From Pelagomonas calceolata (Eukaryota), in NCBI GenBank assembly GCA_918797485.1, contig CAKKNE010000001.1, positions 868,001 through 932,000 on the forward strand: 64,000 bases of DNA. Reading direction: 5' to 3'. Shown here piece by piece: positions 52,371 to 60,861 of this stretch. The notes beneath the pieces are model-generated. The model searched no databases. It saw nothing but the letters and a program-made list of their open reading frames with translations, and was not told where the DNA came from. Each line of letters begins with the position of its first letter. Position 1 is the stretch's first letter. The position numbers were made by a program, and so were the translations under genes.

Positions 52371-52760
52371 TCAGAGCTGCTTCCCCGCCTTGAGGACCTT
52401 GTGCGCGACGGCGTCAACGAGTCCGACGGTCGTGAACGTTCCCCCGACGATCGCGCAGATGCTCGTCACGAAGTCGTACCAGCGCTTGCCTGTCGTGCGC
52501 ACGGCGACGGCCATGGGGCTCAGGTCGTAGGAGAACTTCGCCTCGGGCACGTCGAGCTCGTGGTAGGCCATGGTCTGCGTCTGGACGAGCGTCTGGTAGC
52601 CGACGGCCGTCGACGCGTCCGCGCCTGCGTGAAAATCAAAATTTTACGTGGCGTTCACGCCATCGATGCGGCGCTTGCTCGACACACGGATTGACTTCCA
52701 CACAGGTCCGCGCTCAAGGACGAGAGGAAGGAGCCGACATCAAAATGCGTGCTGACGACC
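52371..52760 (-). pseudogene. 5'-truncated fragment of an ERGIC/Erv41-46 (COPII vesicle) family gene, containing an Introner
   Basis: Spliced frame VVSTHFDVGSFLSSL|SADAST...VPEAKFSYDLSPMAV...WYDFVTSICAIVGGTFTTVGLVD...GKQL. No upstream exon is visible before the neighbouring gene. Confidence 0.65.
52625..52713 (-). mobile_element. Introner, element 52625-52705; intron 89 nt, GC-AG
   Basis: TIRs CTGCGTGAAAATCAA / TTGACTTCCACACAG. Perfect TSD gtccgcgc (52617-52624, 52706-52713). It shares AATCAAAATTTTACG and CACGCCATCGATGCG with the 15776 copy. Confidence 0.92.
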
Positions 52761-52904
52761 TAAGTTTCACCGCCGCCGGTTCAATCGTTTCACCGACGTG
52801 ATACAGGCTAAAGTCAGCGCACGTCGACGACTGAACTCAGGCCTCTCCCTGTCCGGTGCCGTTGCCTCCGCGGGCCGTCTGGGCAAAGCCGACGATTGTG
52901 GGAA

Positions 52905-52931
52905 GCTAGAGGTCTGTAAGACACTAGCAAG
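52905..52931 (+). promoter_or_regulatory. Recurrent intergenic motif
   Basis: gctagaggtctgtaagacactagcaag. Confidence 0.55.
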
Positions 52932-52974
52932 CCCTTATACTTACGATCCTTAAGGTTAAACAACAACAGGCCTC

Positions 52975-54561
52975 TCACCGCCGCCGGCGCTTCTTCGACC
53001 GCCGCCGCCGCGCCGCGGGCGGCGGCGGCGGCTCCGGGCCCCAGTACGCGTCGGCTATGTCGCGCGAGCAGAGGTCCGGGATCGAGTACCGGTCCAAAAG
53101 CTCCAGGTCCGTCGCGTCGACCTCGTCGATGTCCAAAATGACGCGCACCTCGTCCGACGCGCCCGGGTCGCGGAAGCGCAGATCATAAAACGCGTCGCCG
53201 CGCTCGCGCGCGTCGCGCAGCACCTCGGCCGCGTGCGCGAGGCTTTCTACATCAATACCGCAGGCCTTCGTCAGCCGCGGGAGCCGGTGCGACAGCTCCG
53301 AGTAGCCGTAGTTCGCGTCCGAGGTCAGCGTCGAGGTCCAGACCACGATTTCATGCGTAGCGGCGCCGTACTTCGCGGCGACGTCGGCCGGGTCCTCGTA
53401 GGCCTCCTCGTCGTCGAAGGCGTCCCAGAGCGGGGCAGACAACGGCTGCAGCACGAGACCGCCCAGGATGACGTAGGACGGACTCTGGTCCCACTCCGCA
53501 ACCGTCGGAACGGGCCGCTCCGGCGGCTTCAGGGTGACCTTCTCTATTCTTAACGCGCCGGCGCGCACGAAGCCGACGTCGATCTCGTCGCCCACTCTTC
53601 TAGAAGTGATAAGGTGCGCGACGTGGACGCGCTCCGCGCCCCGTAGTTGTATAGTACCGTCGTCGGCGACGGGCGCGCCGGCCACGGAACTCACGACGTC
53701 GCCGGGCTCCAGAACCCCTGCCGTCGAGCCGCTCACTTTTGTAATGAGGATGCCCTCCGCGCCCCGCAGCCCCAGCGACCGTCTCAGTGCTTTATTCTGC
53801 GCCGTCTGCCAGCTGATGCCCAGCGCGCAGAGGCCCGGGCACCGCTCATTAAGTTCCGCCTCGCGCAGAAACGCCTCGACGACCGACGCCGGGACGAGGT
53901 AGCCGATGTTGTCCGCCGAGCCGGCGTAGGAGCTGAAGGCCACGCCCGCGACGTGGCCGCGCTCATCTAAAGCAGGACCGCCGCTCGTGCCGCTGTTCAC
54001 GCCGGCGTCGATCTGGACGACCAGCAAGCGCTCGCCGCGGCCCTCGCCCCCGTACGCCATCGCGTCCAGGCGAGAAACGACACCGCGGGTGACGCAGATG
54101 TTGTCGCCGCCCAGAGGGTAGCCGACGACGGCCACCGCGGAGTAGAGCTCCGGCAGCGACTGCGCAAAATTTAGTACTGGAGGCGACATCGCGTCGTCAA
54201 TCACTTCGAGTAAAGCCAGATCGCGCTCCGCCGACGCGAAGGCCACCCTACATTTCAACTTGCGCGCCGACCCGTGGGGCCGTACCCGCACGTCCCTGGC
54301 GTGCTTGATCACGTGTTCGTTGGTGACGACTTGGGTAGGGGAAACCCAGAAGCCGCTCCCCGTAACGTCTTCCTCGGCGTACAACGCCCAGGGCTGGCCA
54401 TAATCTGGCGCCGCCGTCGTGCTGAAGACGCAGACCACTGATTCGAGGCCTCGTCGCACGCCCTCGGCCTCATTTGTTGATGCTCGTAGGTGCGTCGGGT
54501 GTCTTGCTATTCTTGATGGCTGCCAGGCTCTTGTTGTTAGTAGTATGATAAGCAATCGCAT
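52975..54561 (-). CDS. Deg/HtrA serine protease (Deg2/Deg9-like, with PDZ domains)
   Basis: GSGF, TNEHV, DLALLEV, VGYPLGGDNICVTRGVVSR and QIDAGVNSGTSGGP. Signal-peptide-like N-terminus. Confidence 0.9.
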   Translation of the reverse strand: MRLLIILLTTRAWQPSRIARHPTHLRASTNEAEGVRRGLESVVCVFSTTAAPDYGQPWALYAEEDVTGSGFWVSPTQVVTNEHVIKHARDVRVRPHGSARKLKCRVAFASAERDLALLEVIDDAMSPPVLNFAQSLPELYSAVAVVGYPLGGDNICVTRGVVSRLDAMAYGGEGRGERLLVVQIDAGVNSGTSGGPALDERGHVAGVAFSSYAGSADNIGYLVPASVVEAFLREAELNERCPGLCALGISWQTAQNKALRRSLGLRGAEGILITKVSGSTAGVLEPGDVVSSVAGAPVADDGTIQLRGAERVHVAHLITSRRVGDEIDVGFVRAGALRIEKVTLKPPERPVPTVAEWDQSPSYVILGGLVLQPLSAPLWDAFDDEEAYEDPADVAAKYGAATHEIVVWTSTLTSDANYGYSELSHRLPRLTKACGIDVESLAHAAEVLRDARERGDAFYDLRFRDPGASDEVRVILDIDEVDATDLELLDRYSIPDLCSRDIADAYWGPEPPPPPAARRRRSKKRRRR

Positions 54562-54749
54562 GGCTACGGCTCTGCTCCGGCGACCACTTGTAGTTGATGC
54601 CGGGGCTCTGATTCCGCTCACAGCTGTCTGATGCCTCGCACGGCTGCGGGAGGCGTCGAAGGCTGCAAGAGGGCTACGATGGCTCGCTGCTTTGGTCAGC
54701 TACCACTCTAGAGTCGAGCTACGGCCACACAAGCCTGTTTTGCTGCCAT

Positions 54750-54773
54750 GCTAGTGTGTTACAGGCCGCTAGC
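54750..54773 (-). promoter_or_regulatory. Recurrent intergenic motif
   Basis: Reverse complement is gctagcggcctgtaacacactagc, between divergent genes (54561- / 54987+). Confidence 0.6.
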
Positions 54774-54986
54774 TCACGCGGGATTGGTTCGTTTTTGACA
54801 GCGAGTGCGCGCATAGCTGCCGGGAGTGCTTCCTCAGCAGTGAGCCTACGAGCATCCCAAGGGACGCTGACACAAGAAATTGCAGCTCTCTGGGCTGTGT
54901 CAGCCATTATAAGGCATCCCTGGTGTCGCGTCGACGCGCGCGTCGCGCGCTGAAGAGTACACGTACCGGAGAAGTGTGCAAACACA

Positions 54987-57176
54987 ATGGCAGAGGACTA
55001 CGACCCGTTCTCCGCAGCGGAGGACGCCTACGATCCCTTCGCGGCCGCGGACGCACCAGCTCCAGCACCGCCGCCAGTGGCCATCGACGCCTCGCAGATC
55101 GCCGCCGCATTAGCACAAGATGCAGCAAAACTACGGGGCGAGCTCGAGAGCAAGACGAAGCAGGCCGTCGAGATGCAAAAGAAGCGCGACGCCGAGACCG
55201 CGGCCCGCAAGGCCCAGGAGCAGGCGGCGGCCGCGGCGCGCGCGGCCGAGCGGCGCGCGCGCGTCCTGGGCAGCACGGAGCTGACCCCGGAAGGCGTCTC
55301 GCGGTGCATCGAGGCCGCGATCTGCGCCGTGCTGCGCTGGCCGCCGCCGGGCGGCCTGGCGCGCTGGACCGTCGCGGCGCTGACGCCGTGGCTCGACGCG
55401 CCGGCCGCAGAAATTCAGCAGCGCATCGCCGGAGTCGACGCGCACGAGCTCGAGGAACTGCTCGATGTCCGCGCGCGGCTCGCGCGGGCGCCGGACGCGG
55501 CGCGGCGGCTGACCGCGGCTCCTGCGAAACGGCGGCGCGGCGGCTGGGACGCGGCGGCGTCCGCGCGGCGGCGGCACACGGAGCCGGGGAGCTTCCGCGA
55601 GGCGGCCGCGGGCCGGACGGTCGCCGAGTTCGTGGGGAGCCGCAAGCGCTTCCGGGTGATTGGTACTGACGTCGTCGCGTCGTCGCGGTCGCCGTCGCCG
55701 TCTTCGTCCTCTTCCTCGTCGGGGCGGCGACGCTCGCGCTCGCGTTCGCGCTCGCCGCGGCGACGGCTTCAGTCGCCGGGCAACCGCTCGCGCTCGCGCT
55801 CGCCCTCGCCGCGGCAACGGCGCGAGTCGCCGCCGCCGCGCCGCAACCGCTCGCGCTCGCGCTCTCCACTGCGCCGTAACCGTTCGCGCTCGCGCTCTCC
55901 ACCGCGCCGCAGCCGCTACGACACGGCGCTGCCGCGGCGCCGGTCGCGGTCTCCTAGGCGGTCTTCCGGGAAGCGGTCGCGGTCTCGGTCGCGTCCGCGT
56001 CGCGACACGAAACGAAGCCGCTTCGACGAGCCGCGCGTCGTCTCGAAGGCGGCCGCGGCGGCCCGCGAGGCCGCAGAGCTGGCCGCTTTATCGGATGGCG
56101 CGCTCCGGGACCAGTGGCAGCGCGTCGTGAAAGCGGCGGTGCTCGAGGTCTTGGCGGAACCGCCGCCGGACGGCGCGCCGCACTGGCGCCTCGCGGATCT
56201 CACGGGTCGCGTCGGCGCAAGTCGTCGCGCGCTCGAGGATGGGATCGCGAAAGTCGCTCCTGCGCGAGCCGCGGCGCGGCGCGTCCTAGCGCGGTGCCTG
56301 GGCGATGGCGGTCGGTTTCACGACATCTCGGACGGCTGCGGGTTTGCTTCTTTTGCTCGCAAGCAACCGTATCTACGCGTCGTGGGTTTTCACGCAGACG
56401 CGGCCGTGCACGCCATTGAGGTTCAAGCTGCCGAGGAGGGCGAGGCCGACGAGGCGCGCGCGCCCCTCTCGGTCGGCGACCGCGTGCGCTTCAAGCTGCC
56501 CGACCGGTCGGTCCGCAAGGGCGTCGTCACTGCGATCCACCGCGGCGGCGAAAAGGTGTCGGTCCGGGAGGAGGGGACGGACGAGGTGCATCGCCTGCCC
56601 GCCACGGCCGTCAAGCGGACGGCGTCGCGGTCGCCGCGGTCCTCAGCGGCGCCGGACGTGTCGAGGCCGCGCGCCTCGAAATTCTCGGACGCGCCCGCAC
56701 CGGCGCCGGCGCCGCGGCGCGCTTCGAAGTTTTCGGACGCACCTGCACCTGCGCCTACTACGCGGGCGCCGCGGCGCGCGTCGAAGTTCTCGGACGCGCC
56801 TCCGCCGCGGGCGCCTCCGCCACGGGCGCCTCCGCCGCGGGCGCCTCCGCCGCCGCCGCGGGCTGCCGAGCGGCGAGGGCCTCCGGCCTCCCCAGCGCGG
56901 GCACATCGTGTACCGCCGCGGAAGGCACCGGAACAGAGCCGGCCTCCGGCCGCCCCGCCGCCACCGCCTGCGCCGCCGAAGGCCCCCGAGCGAAGACCGC
57001 CGCCGCCGCCGCGGAAGGTGCCGGTGTCGGCCCCGCGCGCGCGAACGGCAAAGGTGCCGGCCCCGGCGCCCAAGCCCTCGGCCCGAAAGAAAGCGAAGGG
57101 GACGCGGCCGCCGCGCTGTGTCGACTTCGAGATCAAGAGCTTTGGCCAGCTGATGGCCGAGAAGAAGAAGCAGTGA
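54987..57176 (+). CDS. RS-rich, Pro-rich nuclear-type protein with SH3/Tudor-like module
   Basis: RSRSRSP repeats, the module SVGDRVRFKLPDRSVRKGVV, and RASKFSDAP three times. Confidence 0.75.
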   Translation: MAEDYDPFSAAEDAYDPFAAADAPAPAPPPVAIDASQIAAALAQDAAKLRGELESKTKQAVEMQKKRDAETAARKAQEQAAAAARAAERRARVLGSTELTPEGVSRCIEAAICAVLRWPPPGGLARWTVAALTPWLDAPAAEIQQRIAGVDAHELEELLDVRARLARAPDAARRLTAAPAKRRRGGWDAAASARRRHTEPGSFREAAAGRTVAEFVGSRKRFRVIGTDVVASSRSPSPSSSSSSSGRRRSRSRSRSPRRRLQSPGNRSRSRSPSPRQRRESPPPRRNRSRSRSPLRRNRSRSRSPPRRSRYDTALPRRRSRSPRRSSGKRSRSRSRPRRDTKRSRFDEPRVVSKAAAAAREAAELAALSDGALRDQWQRVVKAAVLEVLAEPPPDGAPHWRLADLTGRVGASRRALEDGIAKVAPARAAARRVLARCLGDGGRFHDISDGCGFASFARKQPYLRVVGFHADAAVHAIEVQAAEEGEADEARAPLSVGDRVRFKLPDRSVRKGVVTAIHRGGEKVSVREEGTDEVHRLPATAVKRTASRSPRSSAAPDVSRPRASKFSDAPAPAPAPRRASKFSDAPAPAPTTRAPRRASKFSDAPPPRAPPPRAPPPRAPPPPPRAAERRGPPASPARAHRVPPRKAPEQSRPPAAPPPPPAPPKAPERRPPPPPRKVPVSAPRARTAKVPAPAPKPSARKKAKGTRPPRCVDFEIKSFGQLMAEKKKQ

Positions 57177-57211
57177 TGTATGTGAGTAAGTGTGTAAATT
57201 TTAACAAACAA

Positions 57212-58267
57212 TCAAACACCGAGTCGCTGTTGAAGCTCTCCGGTCCGGTGCAGCGCGAGCAGCCCGGGCCTGCCGTCGGTGTAGCCGCCGATCGCCTCGC
57301 CGCGGACGTAGACCGCCGGCATCGACGTCCGGCCCGTCTCGAGGGCTATCGCCGCCCGCAGCGTCTTGCCCCGCGGGCCGAGGGGCTCCAGGTCAATATC
57401 CAAAACCGAGTCGTACGCCGCCAGGAGCCGTTTCGCGGCAACACACCACGGGCAGTCCGTGAACGAGAACACGACGACGTCGGCGCGCGCCGCCTCGGCG
57501 CGGAGGTCCTCGCGCGCCGCGGCGGCGTCGAACGTGGGGCCCGCCGCCTCGACGATCTTCGCCACCTTCCACTCCGACAAATATTCGCCCTCCTCCTTGA
57601 CGACGCGCGCGACGAGTCGACCTAGATAGGAAGACGCGAACACAAGCTTGCTGTCGTCCGCGGCTTCCACGAGCGGCGTGCCCTTGAGTAAGTGCGAGAC
57701 GGTGGGCGACGCGACGTGCTTCGCGTGCTCCTTTTCTACGAGGTCGCTGTCGCGGAACCAATCGAGCAATCTTCGGACGACGAAGCGCTCGACCGGGGAT
57801 GGTATTTGGTCCTCGCCCGACGCGATCTTGGCGAGCTCGTCAGCGGCGCTTGAGACGATAAACTTCGTCAGAAAAGCCGTCCAGCCCTCCGCGAAGCCAT
57901 CGTCGAACGGCTCGTAGTCCACCGTCCACGTCATCCTCGTCGCGTTCTGCGCCGTGTCGAAGCGCACGCGTCCGCGGTGCCGGTGCACCGGGTAGAGCGA
58001 CAGCCAGCCCGGGTTCATGACTTGATAAGCGATGGCGTCGTCGCTATTGTCGACGATGCCTTCGCGGAGCCCCGGCGGCACGACGAGCCGCTCGTTGCCA
58101 TCGAGGTTGATCGGCGGCGGCAGTGGTAATCCGTAGCGGCCGCGTTTCCAGGTCTCGCTCAGCCAGAGCTGCTTGGCAGCGCTCGGGCGCACGGCGAGGG
58201 TGCGCGTGGTCTCGAAGACGACGGATGTGGTGCGTGCGAGGCAGCAGCAGACGAGGAGGTGGCGCAT
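57212..58267 (-). CDS. SRPBCC/START-like domain fused to glutaredoxin (CPWC)
   Basis: Signal peptide. Polyketide-cyclase-like HRGRVRF...TRMTWTV. Grx motifs VVVFSFTDCPWC...TGRTSMPAVYVRGEAIGG. Confidence 0.8.
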   Translation of the reverse strand: MRHLLVCCCLARTTSVVFETTRTLAVRPSAAKQLWLSETWKRGRYGLPLPPPINLDGNERLVVPPGLREGIVDNSDDAIAYQVMNPGWLSLYPVHRHRGRVRFDTAQNATRMTWTVDYEPFDDGFAEGWTAFLTKFIVSSAADELAKIASGEDQIPSPVERFVVRRLLDWFRDSDLVEKEHAKHVASPTVSHLLKGTPLVEAADDSKLVFASSYLGRLVARVVKEEGEYLSEWKVAKIVEAAGPTFDAAAAREDLRAEAARADVVVFSFTDCPWCVAAKRLLAAYDSVLDIDLEPLGPRGKTLRAAIALETGRTSMPAVYVRGEAIGGYTDGRPGLLALHRTGELQQRLGV

Positions 58268-58417
58268 TGGCTTGTGCCCTCTTAGGGGTCCTGCTGGTGC
58301 CTTAGCTGTGCCGTCGATGTTTTCCAGGCCTCTTGTGGACCAGATATGAGATCTGCACCACCGATGCTGCTTGTCGGGCGGTAAAATGGCTTGCAAAAGG
58401 CAGGAGCAAAAGCGATA

Positions 58418-58441
58418 GCTAGCGTTGTAAGACACTAGAAG
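58418..58441 (+). promoter_or_regulatory. Recurrent intergenic motif
   Basis: gctagcgttgtaagacactagaag between divergent genes (58267- / 58690+). Confidence 0.6.
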
Positions 58442-58689
58442 GAAAAGTGCCATCCCCTTGCCCTGATAGCCCACAAAAAGGCCCGACAAGCGCCGTAATT
58501 TAAGTCCTTACCCTCACGCGCGCCACTCTGTGTGCGCGGCGTCAGAGTTTCTGAATTCAAGGACAGGAAAGTGGCTAAGAGAGAAGTGCTCTCTCTGTGA
58601 AGCTGCAGGAAACTCGCGACGTGAGCCGCGAAATTATATCATCTACCCCTGTCCGCGCCTCAGGGGATTGGTCCTGAAACACCTGAGAC

Positions 58690-59601
58690 ATGGAGATGTT
58701 ACCGCCGGCCCCCGTGCCGCCGAACGTCGTCGTCGGCGCCACCGTCGTGAAACGATTTCCCGGCTACGGCGAGCGCCGCGGCACCATCGCCGAGATCGAC
58801 CTCGATGGCGGCAAGGTCGTCGTGCGCTGGGCGTCGGACGAGCGCACGACGCTCTCGCTCGGGGAGGCCGCAAAGCGGGCCCTCTATGCCATTCCACCGA
58901 TAGAAGAGGAGGAGCGCTCGATCGTCGAAGACGACATATCGACGGTTGGCTACGATTCGGGCGACGACACGGCCCCCTACCTCGGCGAGGGCGGCGCGCG
59001 GACGTCGTCGTCGCGGTTCTGGGGCGTGACCTGGGATCGGGCACGCAAGAAGTGGAAGGCGCGCTACCTAGACGCGGATGGCAAGACTTACCGCACGATC
59101 GGCCGCTTCGACGACGAGGAGGAGGCCGCACGCGCTTACAATAAGGCCATCCGCGACGCGAGCCTCGAAGGCAAGCGCCACATGAACGCGGTCGACGCGA
59201 CAGGCGCGCTCGTGCCAAAAGTGCCCAGCGCGTCGTCTAGGTTGCCGCGCGACCGCGCCGCCGTCGTCGCTCCGGACCCGGCGCGCGCGCCGACGGGCAC
59301 GACGTCCAAGTTCTGGGGCGTGTCGTGGAACAAGAGCAACGGACGGTGGCAGGCGCGCTACCAAGACGCGGACGGCAAGTTGCGCTCCATCGGCTACTTC
59401 GACACGCAGGAGGCGGCCGCCCACGCCGTGAACGCGGCCATCCGGCGAGCGGGCCTCGAAGGCCGGCGCAAGACGAACCCGGTCGTCGACGGGCAACTCG
59501 TGCCCCCTAAAAAGAACCCAGCCTCAGGCCACGGGCGGCGCCACAAGCGCCGCCGCGACGAACCCGCCGCCGCACCGTCGACGCGCGCCCGCCGCCGCTA
59601 G
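58690..59601 (+). CDS. Double AP2-domain DNA-binding protein with N-terminal Tudor-like module
   Basis: SRFWGVTWDRARKKWKARY...IGRFDDEEEAARAYN and SKFWGVSWNKSNGRWQARY...IGYFDTQEAAAHAVN. N-terminal VGATVVKRFPGYGERRGTI. Confidence 0.85.
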   Translation: MEMLPPAPVPPNVVVGATVVKRFPGYGERRGTIAEIDLDGGKVVVRWASDERTTLSLGEAAKRALYAIPPIEEEERSIVEDDISTVGYDSGDDTAPYLGEGGARTSSSRFWGVTWDRARKKWKARYLDADGKTYRTIGRFDDEEEAARAYNKAIRDASLEGKRHMNAVDATGALVPKVPSASSRLPRDRAAVVAPDPARAPTGTTSKFWGVSWNKSNGRWQARYQDADGKLRSIGYFDTQEAAAHAVNAAIRRAGLEGRRKTNPVVDGQLVPPKKNPASGHGRRHKRRRDEPAAAPSTRARRR

Positions 59602-59620
59602 GCGTCACTAAGCATATACA

Positions 59621-60688
59621 TTACACACCAATCTCGCCCGCCACATTCACCCCAACCGCCGCCCCGCCGTCGACGTCAAAATGAGACGCCGGCGACGAGG
59701 CGGTGACGCCGTCGCGCAGAAATACCGACACGACGCGCTTGACGCCGTCGCGCACGGGACAGCCGGCGTGGAGCGACTCCCGCGCATTTTTGTCATACGC
59801 GAAGAAGACCGCGTCGCCGGCGCCGGGCCGCAGCGTAAGAGCTTTACCGCGATGGCGCGGGAACGCCGTCGCGCCTCCAAGCTTTGGCATTTCACAGACG
59901 AGCAGCATCGTCGCCACCCGCCCGCCCGGCTTCGGGCCGGAGCGCTCACACGACACATCGCAGTGCGGCTCGTAGTAGTCGAATCGACCGTATTCAACGA
60001 TGTTCAGCGGCTCCTGAAAAGGCCCGACCGGCACGCGTATGTCGAACGCTTCGGCCACCGTAGCAGCGCGTTGCAGCAACGCGGCCGGGAGCGTCTCGTT
60101 CCCGACCAGGTCCCAGTCGTACGTCAGTCCCAGGCGGCGACGGAAGCCAGTGGACGGGTCGTCGTGGCTCAGGGCGCCTTCCCTCGGCGTTCTCCGCCTT
60201 GCACCACCACGCGCCGCCAATGACTGCATTGTGGCACATTCGTCTCGCGACGCGAAGGATTTCACAACGGCCACGACGGGATCCTCGGCAATGACATCAA
60301 TATTGAGACCGGCCGCCTGGATCCGTCGCAGCGGCGTTGCCTCCGCGGCCGCCTCGGCACACGGCGCGATCGCCAGCGTATCCAGAAACACGAACTGGCG
60401 CGCCAGCGCCGCGTCGTCGTCGAGGTCCGCGAAGCGATCCGAGCTGAGCACCGTACGCGCCGTGAATTCCCCACTGTCGAACCAGTCGACCACCAGGCCG
60501 CGTCGCGCCCGCCGTTCGACGCCGTCGCCGGGTGCCAATGTCACATTTTTCGACGCGTCGTCACGCAGGACGAGCGTCATCGGTCGCGGCGGGCTGCGGG
60601 CCCCATTCCGAAAGGTGGCCAGGAAGTCCTGTCCCAGCACGACGGTAAGCGTCGCGCAGAGGCTGCCCCTGCGCCATGAGAGACTCAT
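59621..60688 (-). CDS. Prolyl 4-hydroxylase-like 2OG-Fe(II) oxygenase
   Basis: EPLNIVEY...YEPHCD, GRVATML, GGATAFP and LHAGCPVRDGVK. Confidence 0.88.
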   Translation of the reverse strand: MSLSWRRGSLCATLTVVLGQDFLATFRNGARSPPRPMTLVLRDDASKNVTLAPGDGVERRARRGLVVDWFDSGEFTARTVLSSDRFADLDDDAALARQFVFLDTLAIAPCAEAAAEATPLRRIQAAGLNIDVIAEDPVVAVVKSFASRDECATMQSLAARGGARRRTPREGALSHDDPSTGFRRRLGLTYDWDLVGNETLPAALLQRAATVAEAFDIRVPVGPFQEPLNIVEYGRFDYYEPHCDVSCERSGPKPGGRVATMLLVCEMPKLGGATAFPRHRGKALTLRPGAGDAVFFAYDKNARESLHAGCPVRDGVKRVVSVFLRDGVTASSPASHFDVDGGAAVGVNVAGEIGV

Positions 60689-60754
60689 GGCATTGTGTTA
60701 TCGATGCATGACGTGCAGTGCAGTCGCGCGCACCGTGCACAGCCGCGGCCGCGG

Positions 60755-60782
60755 CTTGCTAGTGTCTTTACATGCCGCTAGC
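60755..60782 (-). promoter_or_regulatory. Recurrent intergenic motif
   Basis: Reverse complement is gctagcggcatgtaaagacactagcaag, near the centre of the 173-bp divergent gap (60688- / 60862+). Confidence 0.6.
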
Positions 60783-60861
60783 CCACGCGGAGGCCAGCGC
60801 TTTTAGCACTCGCGGTTTTGCACTCAAAGTGGTCGCAAAAGAGGCGCATTCGATAGCATCG

